The translations under genes and the position numbers were made by a program. The notes beneath the pieces are model-generated. The model was not told where the DNA came from, did no database searches, and saw only the letters and a program-made list of their open reading frames with translations. A stretch of 64,000 nucleotides of DNA, taken from the NCBI GenBank assembly GCA_963727175.1, contig CAVSFD010000002.1:4701381-4765380 (forward strand). The letters are read 5' to 3'. The DNA is from an uncultured Spirochaetota bacterium (GTDB lineage Bacteria > Spirochaetota > UBA4802 > UBA5550). Below, piece after piece: positions 20,011 through 29,574 of this stretch (position 1 is its first letter; every line of letters begins with the position of its first letter).

Positions 20011-20406
20011 TCAGCTTTTGATCTTAACCAGGGTCGAAGTCACCAGGAGCGCCGAATCCTCCAGTGCGGCTTCGCGGTCCCCGTGAATTTTCATGTAATC
20101 CGGCCTCGAGATCATGGTAAGGAATGCTTTTCGGGAAGGATATTCGACAAGCAGGACCTCGTCCCACCGGTCCTTATCCGCGCCTATGAAGACCTGCCCC
20201 ACGGAGCCGTACCAGAGTACCCGCGCACCTATCTCGGCGAGGAATGGTATGGCGGCCCGGCCGTAGCGCTCATAGGCCGTTCTGCCCGGCTCTCCCGTCT
20301 CAGTCTTTTCCCTGAACTTCAATAAATTTACCATAACGACCGGACCTTCATCAACGCCGGTCATGAGTTCTTTGATCTGGCCCTGTGTCGGCTGTATTGA
20401 TCCCAT
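20011..20406 (-). CDS. DUF1330-family protein
   Basis: Core sequence is VVMVNLLKFRE...AIPFLAEIGARVLWYG...VLLVEYPSRKAFLTMISRPDY. I chose the MGSIQ start over the longer ORF, which would overlap queG. Confidence 0.55.
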   Translation of the reverse strand: MGSIQPTQGQIKELMTGVDEGPVVMVNLLKFREKTETGEPGRTAYERYGRAAIPFLAEIGARVLWYGSVGQVFIGADKDRWDEVLLVEYPSRKAFLTMISRPDYMKIHGDREAALEDSALLVTSTLVKIKS

Positions 20407-20455
20407 CAGTGCTTCTCCTTTTTTAGTAATTGCGGGCGCGGCCGCGAAACCGCGC

Positions 20456-21580
20456 TTATCCCATCTGTCCATCGAGTGCGGCTGCGATTTCCCCGCGCAC
20501 CATGCCCTCACTCCTCGTCAGAAAAGTTTTCAAAGCATCCATCGCCCTGCCGCCGCCGATGCGTCCGAGAGCCCAGGCGATCATCCCCCGGACCCTCCCG
20601 TCCTCATTATCATCGAAGGCGCGCACCAGGTCCGCCACATACCCCGCGTCGAGGCTGTTCCCCATGACCCTGGCTACGTTCATCTTCCACTTCCAGATGT
20701 CGTCCGGGGACATGTAGAACATGTGGGGCCACACCTTGCCCGTGAAATATTCGCGGTCCATGTGGAGAAGCGCCCTGAGGTCGAAATTATCCGCCTTTGC
20801 CGCAACGCGCCGGTTCTGCGGCAGCTTCTGCGAGAGCCAGGGCCGGTTACGCGGGCACACGTTCTGGCAGACGTCGCAGCCGTACACGTACATCCCCATC
20901 TGCTCGCGCATTTCCAGCGGCGTTATTTCCTTCCCGAAGTAAGTCATGTATGATATGCACCGGCGGGGATCAATGGTCCCGTTCCCCCTGAGGGCACGGG
21001 TCGGGCAGGCGGCAATGCAGGCGTTTCTGCACCAGTCAGGGCACCCCATCCGCACCGTCGGCTCCCCGGGCGTAAACTCACGGTCGACCACCAGGGTGAT
21101 CGGGAGCACCCAGGAGCTCTGACGCACCGCGCGTCCGGCGTAGAAAAGGCAGTTCTTGCCAAACGTTCCCATGCCGGCCCTGGCGGCCGCGACGCGGTGC
21201 GGCAGATTGAAGGGGACTTTTGAATCAATACCGTTGTCCCGCAAAAAGGATCGGAATGATTTTATCCTGAGGGCCAGGCCGTCCTTGGTAATCCGGTCGT
21301 CATCGAGATAGCAACGTCCGAAATTTCCCTCCAGGGAGCGGGGGAAGGAATGGGTGCAGTAGCAATCGAGAAGCACAATGATGGATTTAGCCCCGGGAAG
21401 AACTGTCAGGGGATCGGTCCCGTCCATCAGGGCAAGTCCCACCTTCTCCGCCCACCCGTACTCATCCTGCCTTTCGCGCAGGAATTCCCGGTGCGATTCA
21501 AAGGGTTCAGCGGTGGTGAACCCGGCGTCGACGAATCCCAGGCCCAGGGCTTTTTCGATTATCTGTTTTTCGGTAATCAT
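20456..21580 (-). CDS. queG: Epoxyqueuosine reductase (tRNA queuosine biosynthesis), 4Fe-4S + C-terminal HEAT repeats
   Basis: Conserved Cys clusters (CIAACPTRAL, CDVCQNVCP) and C-terminal HEAT-like repeats. The start was chosen at the second ATG, which has a GGGAG RBS. Confidence 0.8.
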   Translation of the reverse strand: MITEKQIIEKALGLGFVDAGFTTAEPFESHREFLRERQDEYGWAEKVGLALMDGTDPLTVLPGAKSIIVLLDCYCTHSFPRSLEGNFGRCYLDDDRITKDGLALRIKSFRSFLRDNGIDSKVPFNLPHRVAAARAGMGTFGKNCLFYAGRAVRQSSWVLPITLVVDREFTPGEPTVRMGCPDWCRNACIAACPTRALRGNGTIDPRRCISYMTYFGKEITPLEMREQMGMYVYGCDVCQNVCPRNRPWLSQKLPQNRRVAAKADNFDLRALLHMDREYFTGKVWPHMFYMSPDDIWKWKMNVARVMGNSLDAGYVADLVRAFDDNEDGRVRGMIAWALGRIGGGRAMDALKTFLTRSEGMVRGEIAAALDGQMG

Positions 21581-21606
21581 GTGTTCACTCCCTTTTTCTT
21601 TCACCA

Positions 21607-22188
21607 TTATTTAATCCCGATGAGCTTTTCTATGTACCCGATAGACTCTACAATCGGATCTTCCTTCTTGTGCAGACGCGCCATCATGATGCTGCCCTCC
21701 ATGGCTGCGACAATATGCCGCGCCATCGGTTCCGGCTTGATGCCGGCAGGAAGCGCTCCCGCCCGTCCCGCTTCGCGGAGATATCCCGCCAGTATCCGCA
21801 CCCAGCGGTCGAATATATCTCTCACCTGGGCTGTATATTCCCTGTCGGTATCACTCATTTCCAGAGCGGTGTTGCCGAAGATGCATCCGCCGACAAATCC
21901 CCTGCGGCGGTGGAACCGCAGCACGGCATTGAGGACATCCCGTATCCTGTCCAGGGGTTTCTCGCTGGTGGCGCTTTTCGAAAGATATTCAAAGTACCGG
22001 TCGGCTGCTTCCCTGATAAGGGACCGGCCCAGTTCATCCTTGCCGGCAAAATGAAAATAGAGGTTCCCCTTTTTAACGCCTGTTTCGTCTATGATATCCT
22101 GGATACTGGTGTTCCTGAAACCCTTCCGGTTGATGAGGTCAACTGCCGCATCGAGCACCCGGGCACGCGTTTCTTCACCTTTTGACAT
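21607..22188 (-). CDS. TetR/AcrR-family transcriptional regulator
   Basis: The HTH is ARVLDAAVDLINRKGFRNTSIQDIIDETGVKKGNLYFHF. The start was chosen at MSKGEE, which is preceded by an AAGGAG RBS and a TATAAT box. Confidence 0.8.
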   Translation of the reverse strand: MSKGEETRARVLDAAVDLINRKGFRNTSIQDIIDETGVKKGNLYFHFAGKDELGRSLIREAADRYFEYLSKSATSEKPLDRIRDVLNAVLRFHRRRGFVGGCIFGNTALEMSDTDREYTAQVRDIFDRWVRILAGYLREAGRAGALPAGIKPEPMARHIVAAMEGSIMMARLHKKEDPIVESIGYIEKLIGIK

Positions 22189-22235
22189 GGGAATTTTACT
22201 CCTTAATATATTATACCGACCGTTTGGTACATTAT

Positions 22236-22257
22236 TTGACACCCTGTTTTTTGTCAA
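22236..22257. promoter_or_regulatory. TTGACA-N10-TGTCAA inverted repeat upstream of the TetR gene, a candidate TetR operator
   Basis: On the TetR-gene strand the sequence reads TTGACAaaaaacagggTGTCAA. It lies in the divergent region between the TetR and VOC genes. Confidence 0.4.
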
Positions 22258-22380
22258 CGATAATCAGCTGCCGCAAGAATTTTACAGAAGGCCCAAAGGA
22301 CGATCCCCCATTAAAACAGAAAATACGCTTGCTGAAAATACCGGCTGACGGATATAACCCTAAAAAAATCGAGAGAAGCC

Positions 22381-22839
22381 ATGATTGCCAACGCTAAATA
22401 TGTTCACACCAATGTAATTTCAGAAAACTGGGAAAAGCTAGCCCGCTTTTACGAGGAGGTCTTCGGGTGCAGGCGCATCCTGCCCGAGCGGGACATGTCG
22501 GGCCGGTGGATCGAGGACGGCACCGGCGTTCCGGGAGCCCATCTGAGGGGAGCCCATCTCCGTCTGCCCGGACATGGCGACAGCGGCCCCACGCTGGAAA
22601 TCTTCCAGTACAACAGCGGCATTCATGGCAGTGATAAGAAGATCAACGAAACCGGTTTCGTCCACATTGCCTTTCTCGTTGATAACGTGGAAGAAGCCCT
22701 GAAGGAGGTCATTGCCCGCGGCGGCAGCCAGCTCGGCAGGGTCGTGACCAAAGATATTGAAAATGTTGGACTGCTGACCTTCGTGTACGCGCGGGACCCT
22801 GACGGGAACATCATAGAACTGCAGAACTGGAAGAAATAG
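22381..22839 (+). CDS. VOC/glyoxalase-bleomycin resistance family protein
   Basis: 152 aa with a paired beta-alpha-beta-beta-beta module and conserved HIAF/ELQ segments. Confidence 0.7.
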   Translation: MIANAKYVHTNVISENWEKLARFYEEVFGCRRILPERDMSGRWIEDGTGVPGAHLRGAHLRLPGHGDSGPTLEIFQYNSGIHGSDKKINETGFVHIAFLVDNVEEALKEVIARGGSQLGRVVTKDIENVGLLTFVYARDPDGNIIELQNWKK

Positions 22840-22849
22840 CCCTCAACGA

Positions 22850-23653
22850 TCAGTAGTAATTATGGATGAGGGGGTAGATTTCATTGCTTACCCGCTCAAT
22901 TTCAGACCGTATCCCCGAGTTCCGCCTTGTTCTCCCGGCGTAATACTTGAAAATCGGCCCGGACATGTCCTCATCGCACTTCAGGCAATCGTTCAGGCTT
23001 CCATCGGCCCTGTTCAGGGGTTCCCCTTTCATCCATGACAGGAGGCAGGTGCCCAGGCAGTTGCGGCCGGTATTCCTTATATTGTAATACCAGGTCAGTG
23101 CGCAGGGCCGCGTGAATCCTATCTCTTCAAGGCAGGACAGGATGGGCCCCCGGGCAATTTTGAAGGAACAGGCGCGCACGGCATAGGTCATATCACGCCG
23201 CTGGAGGTACACGGCGAGATCCTGAAGCGAGGAACAGGTTCCGCAGTATCCCCGGTGGGTCACCGCGTAACCGGAGCGCACCGCTTCTGTTTCATCGCGC
23301 AAGGTCCTGATGACATACTGCTTTTTCCCGGCATCAATATACCTGATCCCGCACACCGCCGCCTGCATGGCGTGATCACCCGGGGGTTCCGTCACCCTGT
23401 CATAACCCGCCTGGTACGGATCCGCCTCCAGCGTGACGGGATTAATGATGATCTTATTTCTGAAGGCCTTTATCCTTTCGCCGGAATCAGCATCACCAGC
23501 CGTATCACCTGCCGTATTATGATGAGACACCGGCAACGCGGCGCCCGGCATGGATCTCCCTGCATGTTCTGCCGGCGCACCATGCCGCAACATTGCAATC
23601 AGGGCAACGAGAAACAAAACCAGGAGGATGCAACTGAGCAGTATGGACCGCAT
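22850..23653 (-). CDS. Cysteine-rich secreted or membrane-anchored protein, hypothetical
   Basis: 267 aa with an N-terminal hydrophobic helix and about 13 Cys residues in the C-terminal half (CGTCSS, CLGTC, CLKCDED). Confidence 0.4.
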   Translation of the reverse strand: MRSILLSCILLVLFLVALIAMLRHGAPAEHAGRSMPGAALPVSHHNTAGDTAGDADSGERIKAFRNKIIINPVTLEADPYQAGYDRVTEPPGDHAMQAAVCGIRYIDAGKKQYVIRTLRDETEAVRSGYAVTHRGYCGTCSSLQDLAVYLQRRDMTYAVRACSFKIARGPILSCLEEIGFTRPCALTWYYNIRNTGRNCLGTCLLSWMKGEPLNRADGSLNDCLKCDEDMSGPIFKYYAGRTRRNSGIRSEIERVSNEIYPLIHNYY

Positions 23654-23816
23654 ATCTGAAAGAAGCCCCCCATGTAGATCAAGTTGAAAAGACGTTAGTA
23701 TTATTAAAACAACACCAATCCGGTCAATGCATATTTACCACGGCATTCCCCGATAAGAAAAAAAATTGTTTACAAAAATAAAAGGTGCCCCCTGTCTTAA
23801 CCAGGGGGCGCACACC

Positions 23817-24482
23817 ATGGATTTCAAACCGTCAAAAAACCTCGCAGAACAGATTGCCCAGTACCTGGGCGATAAAATAATACTTTTCCAGCTGAAGCCG
23901 GGGGAACGGCTCATTGAAGAAGATCTTGCCCGGGAACTGGGGGTGAGCCGCAGTCCATTGCGTGAGGCCCTGCGCATCCTCGAAAAAAAGTGGCTGGTGG
24001 ACCTGATCCCCCGCCGCGAGGCCCGCGTGTCCGTACTGAACGAGGAACTGCTGGTTTCCACCGGCGACATCCTGAAGGAGATTTACGGCCTGGTGGCCCG
24101 GAGGGCCGCGGAATTCGGGACCAAGGAAGAGCTGGATCTGGTATCGAAAAAGCTTTCCATCTGCGAGGAGTGCGCCAAAAACGATGACCGCCGCGGCTAT
24201 TTCGACGCCCTCATTGAATATGAGGCGGCATGCCTCAAGGCCTCCAAGAATGTCGTGCTGGATATTCTGCTCAAAGACCTGTGGCCGTCAACCAGGCGCG
24301 TCCAGTATGCCACCATAAAGCTCCGGACTGAGAGTCTCACTGATACCGTTAAGTATTTCCGCCAGGCCTTTCCATTCCTCATGGAAAAAAACGGCGACAA
24401 GGCTGCCGCGATAATACGCGAAGTCGTAGGAATCGAAACACGCTACAGCGTAAAATACTTTTCGCAGTTCAACTCCCTGTAA
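23817..24482 (+). CDS. GntR-family transcriptional regulator, FadR (FCD) subfamily
   Basis: The N-terminal wHTH is LKPGERLIEEDLARELGVSRSPLREALRILE, followed by a helical C-terminal domain. The start was chosen at MDFKPSK. Confidence 0.75.
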   Translation: MDFKPSKNLAEQIAQYLGDKIILFQLKPGERLIEEDLARELGVSRSPLREALRILEKKWLVDLIPRREARVSVLNEELLVSTGDILKEIYGLVARRAAEFGTKEELDLVSKKLSICEECAKNDDRRGYFDALIEYEAACLKASKNVVLDILLKDLWPSTRRVQYATIKLRTESLTDTVKYFRQAFPFLMEKNGDKAAAIIREVVGIETRYSVKYFSQFNSL

Positions 24483-24670
24483 TACAATCTGTCGGATGAG
24501 CTTTGCCACGCAAGCCCCGGTAGGAGGGCCCGGGGAAAGTATGCCGAGAATCTTCACTATGGTCAAAAAACTGTCAGAACCGATGGTGATGAGCATTAAT
24601 ACGCCGAATAAAAGAGGGGCTGCCGTTTTGCGCGGCAGCCCCTCCTGATGTTATCTCAATATCGATCGTA

Positions 24671-26236
24671 TTAGCAGACTTTGAACGTTCCGATCTCCCT
24701 GTCTCCCTCAACAACGTGGACCGCGCAGGCGATACACGGGTCAAAGGACCGAACCACGCGGGCGGCCTCGATGGGGTTCTTCGGATCCGATATCGGCGTG
24801 CCGATGAGAGCCTGCTCCACGGGGCCCCTGACACCGTTGTCGTCACGGGGTCCGCAGAACCAGGTGGTGGGAACGACGCACTGGTAGTTGGCGATCTTCT
24901 TGTCCTTAACCACGATCCAGTGTCCGAGTGCGCCCCGGGAAGCCTCGACGAGTCCCATGCCTTCGCCTGTGTCGGGAATGTCGAAGGAATTCCTCGGCTT
25001 GCCGTTCACCTCGAGTTCGTCAATCCACTTGTGCATCTCGGCGACGATGAGCTTCGCCTCGATGGCGCGGGCGGCATGCCGTCCCAGGACCGAGAACACG
25101 GCTGAGATGTCCGCGTTGAAGACTTTCAGCAGCGCGTCGACTTCGCTCTTGACCGCTACGTTACCGGACAGGTAGCTGATGACCACGCGTGCCAGAGGGC
25201 CGACTTCCATGCCCTTCCCGTCGTACCGCGGCGCCTTGAGCCAGGTATAAGCCCCGCCCTTTCCGGGCTGCGGCTCGGTCTGTCCCTGGTAGGGGTGCAG
25301 ATTCGAACCGGAGCTGTACCGCGCGTACCGGACCTGCTCCTTGATCTTTTCGGCGTCAAAGCCCTCGAGCTTGGTCCCGTAGGCCACGCCGCGCTGCAGG
25401 AAGAACTTCTTATCGTCCACATCCTGTTCGAACAATCCGTAGGAGAGGAAGTTCGTGAATGAGCCGATCTTGAAGTAGTCTTTGAAAGTCTTCGCCACCG
25501 CGATGACGTGGTTCATGTACACGTCGTTTATGAAGTTTTCGATTTCCTTGATGTGTTTCTTGTATTCCCTGATCATGGCCCGGGTCGGCACCTGGGTCAC
25601 GCCGCCGGGGACAAGGCCGATAGCATGGGGCGCGCGGCCGCCGATGGCCGAAACCATCTTGTGGGCCTTCATCCGCATTTCCAGCGCCTTCACGTAGCCG
25701 GCGATGGCGTCGATGTTGGTGTCAACGTCTTTGATATAGAAGTTGCCTTCATAGCGCGGCAGGAAGGGTGCGCCGGCGGTGATGGCGTCGATGCGGCCCT
25801 TCTTGGTCTTGACTTCGCTCTCCACCCATGCTTTCAGGTTGTTGATCTTGGAATCGCCGCCGTTGTATTTCAGCAGCGCGGTGATGTCCACGTAGTCCAG
25901 TGCCGCCAGGTGGTAGAAATGGATCAGGTGCGAATGCATGTAGTTCGCCGCCAGCATCAGGTTCCTGAGGACGCGGCCGTTGTTGTTCGGCTTGATGCCG
26001 AAGGCGCCTTCAAGACACTTGCTGGACGCTATGCCGTGCGAGATGGGGCATACACCGCAGATCCGCTGCGTTAACTGGTTCGCGTCGAGGGGGTTGCGTC
26101 CCTGGAAAATCTTTTCGTAACCGCGGAACATGTCACCGATGCTCTTCGCGTCAACGATCTTCCCGTTCTCGACATCTATCTCTATTGAAAGGTGACCTTC
26201 AATCCTTGTTATGGGGTCAATTAATACTTTAGCCAT
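24671..26236 (-). CDS. [NiFe] hydrogenase large subunit (group 1, periplasmic uptake type)
   Basis: Carries RIEGH, the N-terminal RICGVC motif and the C-terminal DPCIACAVH motif followed by a cleavable extension. Cys, not Sec, occupies the proximal position. Confidence 0.9.
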   Translation of the reverse strand: MAKVLIDPITRIEGHLSIEIDVENGKIVDAKSIGDMFRGYEKIFQGRNPLDANQLTQRICGVCPISHGIASSKCLEGAFGIKPNNNGRVLRNLMLAANYMHSHLIHFYHLAALDYVDITALLKYNGGDSKINNLKAWVESEVKTKKGRIDAITAGAPFLPRYEGNFYIKDVDTNIDAIAGYVKALEMRMKAHKMVSAIGGRAPHAIGLVPGGVTQVPTRAMIREYKKHIKEIENFINDVYMNHVIAVAKTFKDYFKIGSFTNFLSYGLFEQDVDDKKFFLQRGVAYGTKLEGFDAEKIKEQVRYARYSSGSNLHPYQGQTEPQPGKGGAYTWLKAPRYDGKGMEVGPLARVVISYLSGNVAVKSEVDALLKVFNADISAVFSVLGRHAARAIEAKLIVAEMHKWIDELEVNGKPRNSFDIPDTGEGMGLVEASRGALGHWIVVKDKKIANYQCVVPTTWFCGPRDDNGVRGPVEQALIGTPISDPKNPIEAARVVRSFDPCIACAVHVVEGDREIGTFKVC

Positions 26237-26239
26237 TGA

Positions 26240-27226
26240 CTACACCTCCGTCCTGTGATTAAAAACCGACACCCGGTGCTCCGGCTTGATGAGATGCTCA
26301 TTCTGAGCGGTCAGGTGCTTGAACACGCCCCGCTTGCCGTAATCCGGGAAAACGTCCTCGGTACAGCCGATGCATCCCGCGCCGCACTGTGTGCAGGAGT
26401 TGACGCCGCCAAGCCATTTCCGGGCGGGGATGTCGCAGCAGGAATCCATGCCGAGACAGCCGACATTGTAGAGACATCCTTCATCGCCCCAGTTCTTGGC
26501 AAACTTGCCGCTTTTATAATAACTCAGACGCTCGCACTGTTCGTGCACGGTCTTACCGTAGTACATCTTGGGCCGGTTATACTCGTCAAGCTCAGGCATG
26601 CCCTTCAGCAGTACGTGCAGGAGGGTGCCCACCATCCAGTCAGGATGGGGCGGGCAGCCGGGGATATTCAATACGGTCTTGCCCTTCATAAGCTGGCTGA
26701 GGCTGACCGCGCCGGTCGGGTTGCCGGTTCCATTCCGCATTTCGCCTGCGGGAATGCCGCCGAAGGCAGCGCAGGTACCGACGGAAACGAGAGCCTTGGC
26801 GTTCGCGCCGAGCTTCTCGATCCATTCACGGGCACCGATAAGCCTTCCGTCCATCTCACCGATAGTGCAGAACTTGTCATCCTTCATAGGGATGGATCCT
26901 TCAACTATAAGCACAAAATCCTTCCGGTTTTTCTTGACCGCTTCCTCCAGGACGCTGATAGCCACATGGCCCGTCCCGGCCATGAGTGTCTGGTGGTAAT
27001 TCAGGCTTATGTACTCTGTTATAACTGAAACGATACTCGGGTCCATCTTATTCAATATTGATACTGAACAACCGGAACAGGACTGCGCCTGAATCCATAT
27101 GACCTGAGTGCGCTCAGCGGCTTTCTCCAGTGCCTTCTTGCATCCCTGCAGTATGACCGAGGGGAAGGCGAAAGCGGCTGATGTTCCGCCCATCAGTTTC
27201 AAGAAGTCCCTTCTGTTCAAAGACAT
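26240..27226 (-). CDS. [NiFe] hydrogenase small subunit with Tat signal peptide
   Basis: Tat motif is SLNRRDFLKLMGG. The Cys ligands for three Fe-S clusters are present. Confidence 0.9.
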   Translation of the reverse strand: MSLNRRDFLKLMGGTSAAFAFPSVILQGCKKALEKAAERTQVIWIQAQSCSGCSVSILNKMDPSIVSVITEYISLNYHQTLMAGTGHVAISVLEEAVKKNRKDFVLIVEGSIPMKDDKFCTIGEMDGRLIGAREWIEKLGANAKALVSVGTCAAFGGIPAGEMRNGTGNPTGAVSLSQLMKGKTVLNIPGCPPHPDWMVGTLLHVLLKGMPELDEYNRPKMYYGKTVHEQCERLSYYKSGKFAKNWGDEGCLYNVGCLGMDSCCDIPARKWLGGVNSCTQCGAGCIGCTEDVFPDYGKRGVFKHLTAQNEHLIKPEHRVSVFNHRTEV

Positions 27227-27245
27227 ACATATCCTCCTCTTTTTT

Positions 27246-27701
27246 TTAATGAGTCGCAGCGTCGAGAATCACTTCCACAGCGCGGGGAATTGAATCCAGA
27301 ACCGCCTGACTTATTGTTGTATCTACGTCACATATGTTCTCCGGGACAATCCCGACGAACTCTATCTCAGGATTGTTATCCATTATCCTGAGGGTTTTGA
27401 TCACTTCCATGATTCCCACTTCGTGCAGTGAGAACTGTGCGCGGCGCTCGACCGCGTGTTCCGGCGTGAAACGGTAGATGCTGCCCGGCCTGTCATCGGT
27501 CTTGAGGGCATCTACGATAACTATTTTATCGTAACCGTCGATCAGTCCCAGCAGGTCAAACCCGGCAGTCCCCCCGTCAAGAAGTTCAACTCCCTCCGGC
27601 AGGGTTATCCCGGATTCTTCCATCTGCCTGACGATATATACTCCCAGTCCGTCATCGCACCGCAAGGTGTTGCCGATGCCCAGGATCAATACCTTCCGCA
27701 T
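27246..27701 (-). CDS. Hydrogenase maturation endopeptidase (HyaD/HybD family)
   Basis: Sequence is MRKVLILGIGNTLRCDDGLGVYIV...LLDGGTAGFDLL. It lies upstream of the small-subunit gene. Confidence 0.8.
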   Translation of the reverse strand: MRKVLILGIGNTLRCDDGLGVYIVRQMEESGITLPEGVELLDGGTAGFDLLGLIDGYDKIVIVDALKTDDRPGSIYRFTPEHAVERRAQFSLHEVGIMEVIKTLRIMDNNPEIEFVGIVPENICDVDTTISQAVLDSIPRAVEVILDAATH

Positions 27702-27721
27702 CTCTACCCGCAACGTTATAA

Positions 27722-28030
27722 CTACTTGCCGTCTGCCGTATGGCATTTAAGGCACGTGTCTTTTGTTATCTTTTCAATGTCTTTCTGATGGCAGTTGGAA
27801 CAGTTCCTGATCCTGTCAGGGTTCTCCCATTTATGATGACACCTATAGCAGTCTATGCCCGCATTCTCATGTGTCTTATGAACAATGTCCATTTCATCTT
27901 TACTGCTCTGAGTGGAAACAATTCGCGTCAATGCAGAAATATCGGTGGGACCTTTCTTTTTGCAGGAAATAAACAGGGCCGGAATCATCATGGCTACGAG
28001 GCAACATATAAGTAGGTTCAATTTGTTCAT
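27722..28030 (-). CDS. Triheme c-type cytochrome (c7/c3-like), probable lipoprotein
   Basis: 102 aa with a signal peptide and lipobox (LFISC) and three CXXCH motifs (CYRCH, CSNCH, CLKCH). It is the first gene of the hydrogenase transcription unit. Confidence 0.7.
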   Translation of the reverse strand: MNKLNLLICCLVAMMIPALFISCKKKGPTDISALTRIVSTQSSKDEMDIVHKTHENAGIDCYRCHHKWENPDRIRNCSNCHQKDIEKITKDTCLKCHTADGK

Positions 28031-28322
28031 TATGGCTGTTATTCTCTTTATGATTTATAATTTATTCCCTGTGGCCGATTCTGCAGCTACCCGGTTCACA
28101 TTCGTGAAACAAATACAGTCTATCTTGTTAATGAACTTTGAACACGCTAACTTTTGATTGACCCATGTCAACAGATTTTTTTGAAAATACCTACAAATTC
28201 CGACAATCTTTCTATAATTTCTGGCCATCCCTGGACCTGCCCAAACTGCAGGTTGTTGAACCCGAAGATACCCATCTGTAATCGATATAACTGAACCAGG
28301 CCCTATAATTGTGAGCCGGCGC

Positions 28323-28643
28323 TCATGTGTTTTCAAAAAATAAAACACATATTGAGCCTCCATGAGATATAATAGTCTTATGCTTATCACTGTCTCCGGA
28401 CGGTATATCGATAATATCACCTTTTGAAAACCCGGTCTTCCTGCCGTTCTTAAACAGCACCTCCGCCCGGCCCTCCAGTACAATCCCCAAATGGCCCTTC
28501 ATGCACCAGTCATTCTCAATAAATCCATCGTAAAATTCGACCAGCCGCAGTCTTAACGCATCCCTGGTGTATACCTTATAGCGTAAACCTGTCGCCGTGC
28601 TGGTCCAGGGAATGGTATCGAATAGCAGTTTGTAATCATTCAT
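28323..28643 (-). CDS. Cupin-domain protein
   Basis: 106 aa with a beta-barrel signature (GHLGIVLEGRAEVLFKNG...GDIIDIPSG). Confidence 0.5.
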   Translation of the reverse strand: MNDYKLLFDTIPWTSTATGLRYKVYTRDALRLRLVEFYDGFIENDWCMKGHLGIVLEGRAEVLFKNGRKTGFSKGDIIDIPSGDSDKHKTIISHGGSICVLFFENT

Positions 28644-28716
28644 GGGTTTTCCTTTATATTACAGAGTCTTCTACCAGCGGAAAGTTTAAACCCGCCGCCG
28701 GCAGAAGACACTACGT

Positions 28717-29574
28717 CTATTCCTTACCGCCAGCTGCCCTGAGAAGTTGTACCACCTCATCATTACCATACTGGAGCGCCTTGGTCAGGGCCGTCTGCCC
28801 CAGGTTGTCCCGGGCGTTTGCATCAACCTGGTTCTTGAGAAGCAGCCTCACCACTGCCGCGTGTCCGTTAAGGGATGCCAGCATCAGGGCTGTAACGCCG
28901 TAGGAATCCGCCAGAGTGATCCTGGTGTTCACCCTGGCGCCGGCCCTGATGAGCAGCGCGGCGACATCGGCATGGCCGCCGTAGGATGCCATTAGAAGGG
29001 ATGTCCATCCCTTATCGCTGGCCGCATTCACGGCCGCATTGCTCTTAATGAGAAATGCAACCATGTCAGCATGACCGCCGCCGGATGCCAGCATGAGAGC
29101 GGTCGCGCCATGGTTGTCCCGCGCGTTGACCTGGGCTCCGATCTTCACCAGGTACTCGGCTACGCCCACGTATCCGTATTCCGCTGCCCGCATCAGGGCG
29201 GACATGCCATTGTTATCCTTCGTGTTAACACCGGCGCCTGCAAGGAACAGCGCCCTGACCGCATCAACAGTGCCGCTTTCTGCTGCCATCATGACCGCGG
29301 TCCTGCCGTTGATATCCTTCAGGCTGACGTCGGCCTTCTTACCGGTCAACAGGGTTATAATATCGCTTTTGCCGGCTCCGGCCGCCGCCATCAGGGCTGT
29401 CATGCCGTCACCGTTCCTTGCGTCGACCAGGGCTCCCGCCGCCAGCGCGGACCTCACGCCTTCGATGGACCCGCCGCGGGCAGCGTTGATAAGATCGTCA
29501 TTGACGCCGGCATGAACAGCAGAAAATGCGCTGAGAACCACGGCGAAAACCGCACCGTGCTTCATGAGATTCAT
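28717..29574 (-). CDS. Secreted ankyrin-repeat protein (7-8 ANK repeats)
   Basis: Signal peptide MKHGAVFAVVLSAFSAVHA followed by tandem 33-residue repeats (DxNGxTALMxAAxxGHxxxVxxLLxxGAxVNA). The start was chosen at MNLMKH. Confidence 0.75.
   Translation of the reverse strand: MNLMKHGAVFAVVLSAFSAVHAGVNDDLINAARGGSIEGVRSALAAGALVDARNGDGMTALMAAAGAGKSDIITLLTGKKADVSLKDINGRTAVMMAAESGTVDAVRALFLAGAGVNTKDNNGMSALMRAAEYGYVGVAEYLVKIGAQVNARDNHGATALMLASGGGHADMVAFLIKSNAAVNAASDKGWTSLLMASYGGHADVAALLIRAGARVNTRITLADSYGVTALMLASLNGHAAVVRLLLKNQVDANARDNLGQTALTKALQYGNDEVVQLLRAAGGKE

Noticed and set aside
20407-20511. Longer DUF1330 ORF start (MRAWCAGK...)
   Set aside because: It would overlap the 3' end of queG by 56 bp. 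The DUF1330 homology begins at MGSIQ.
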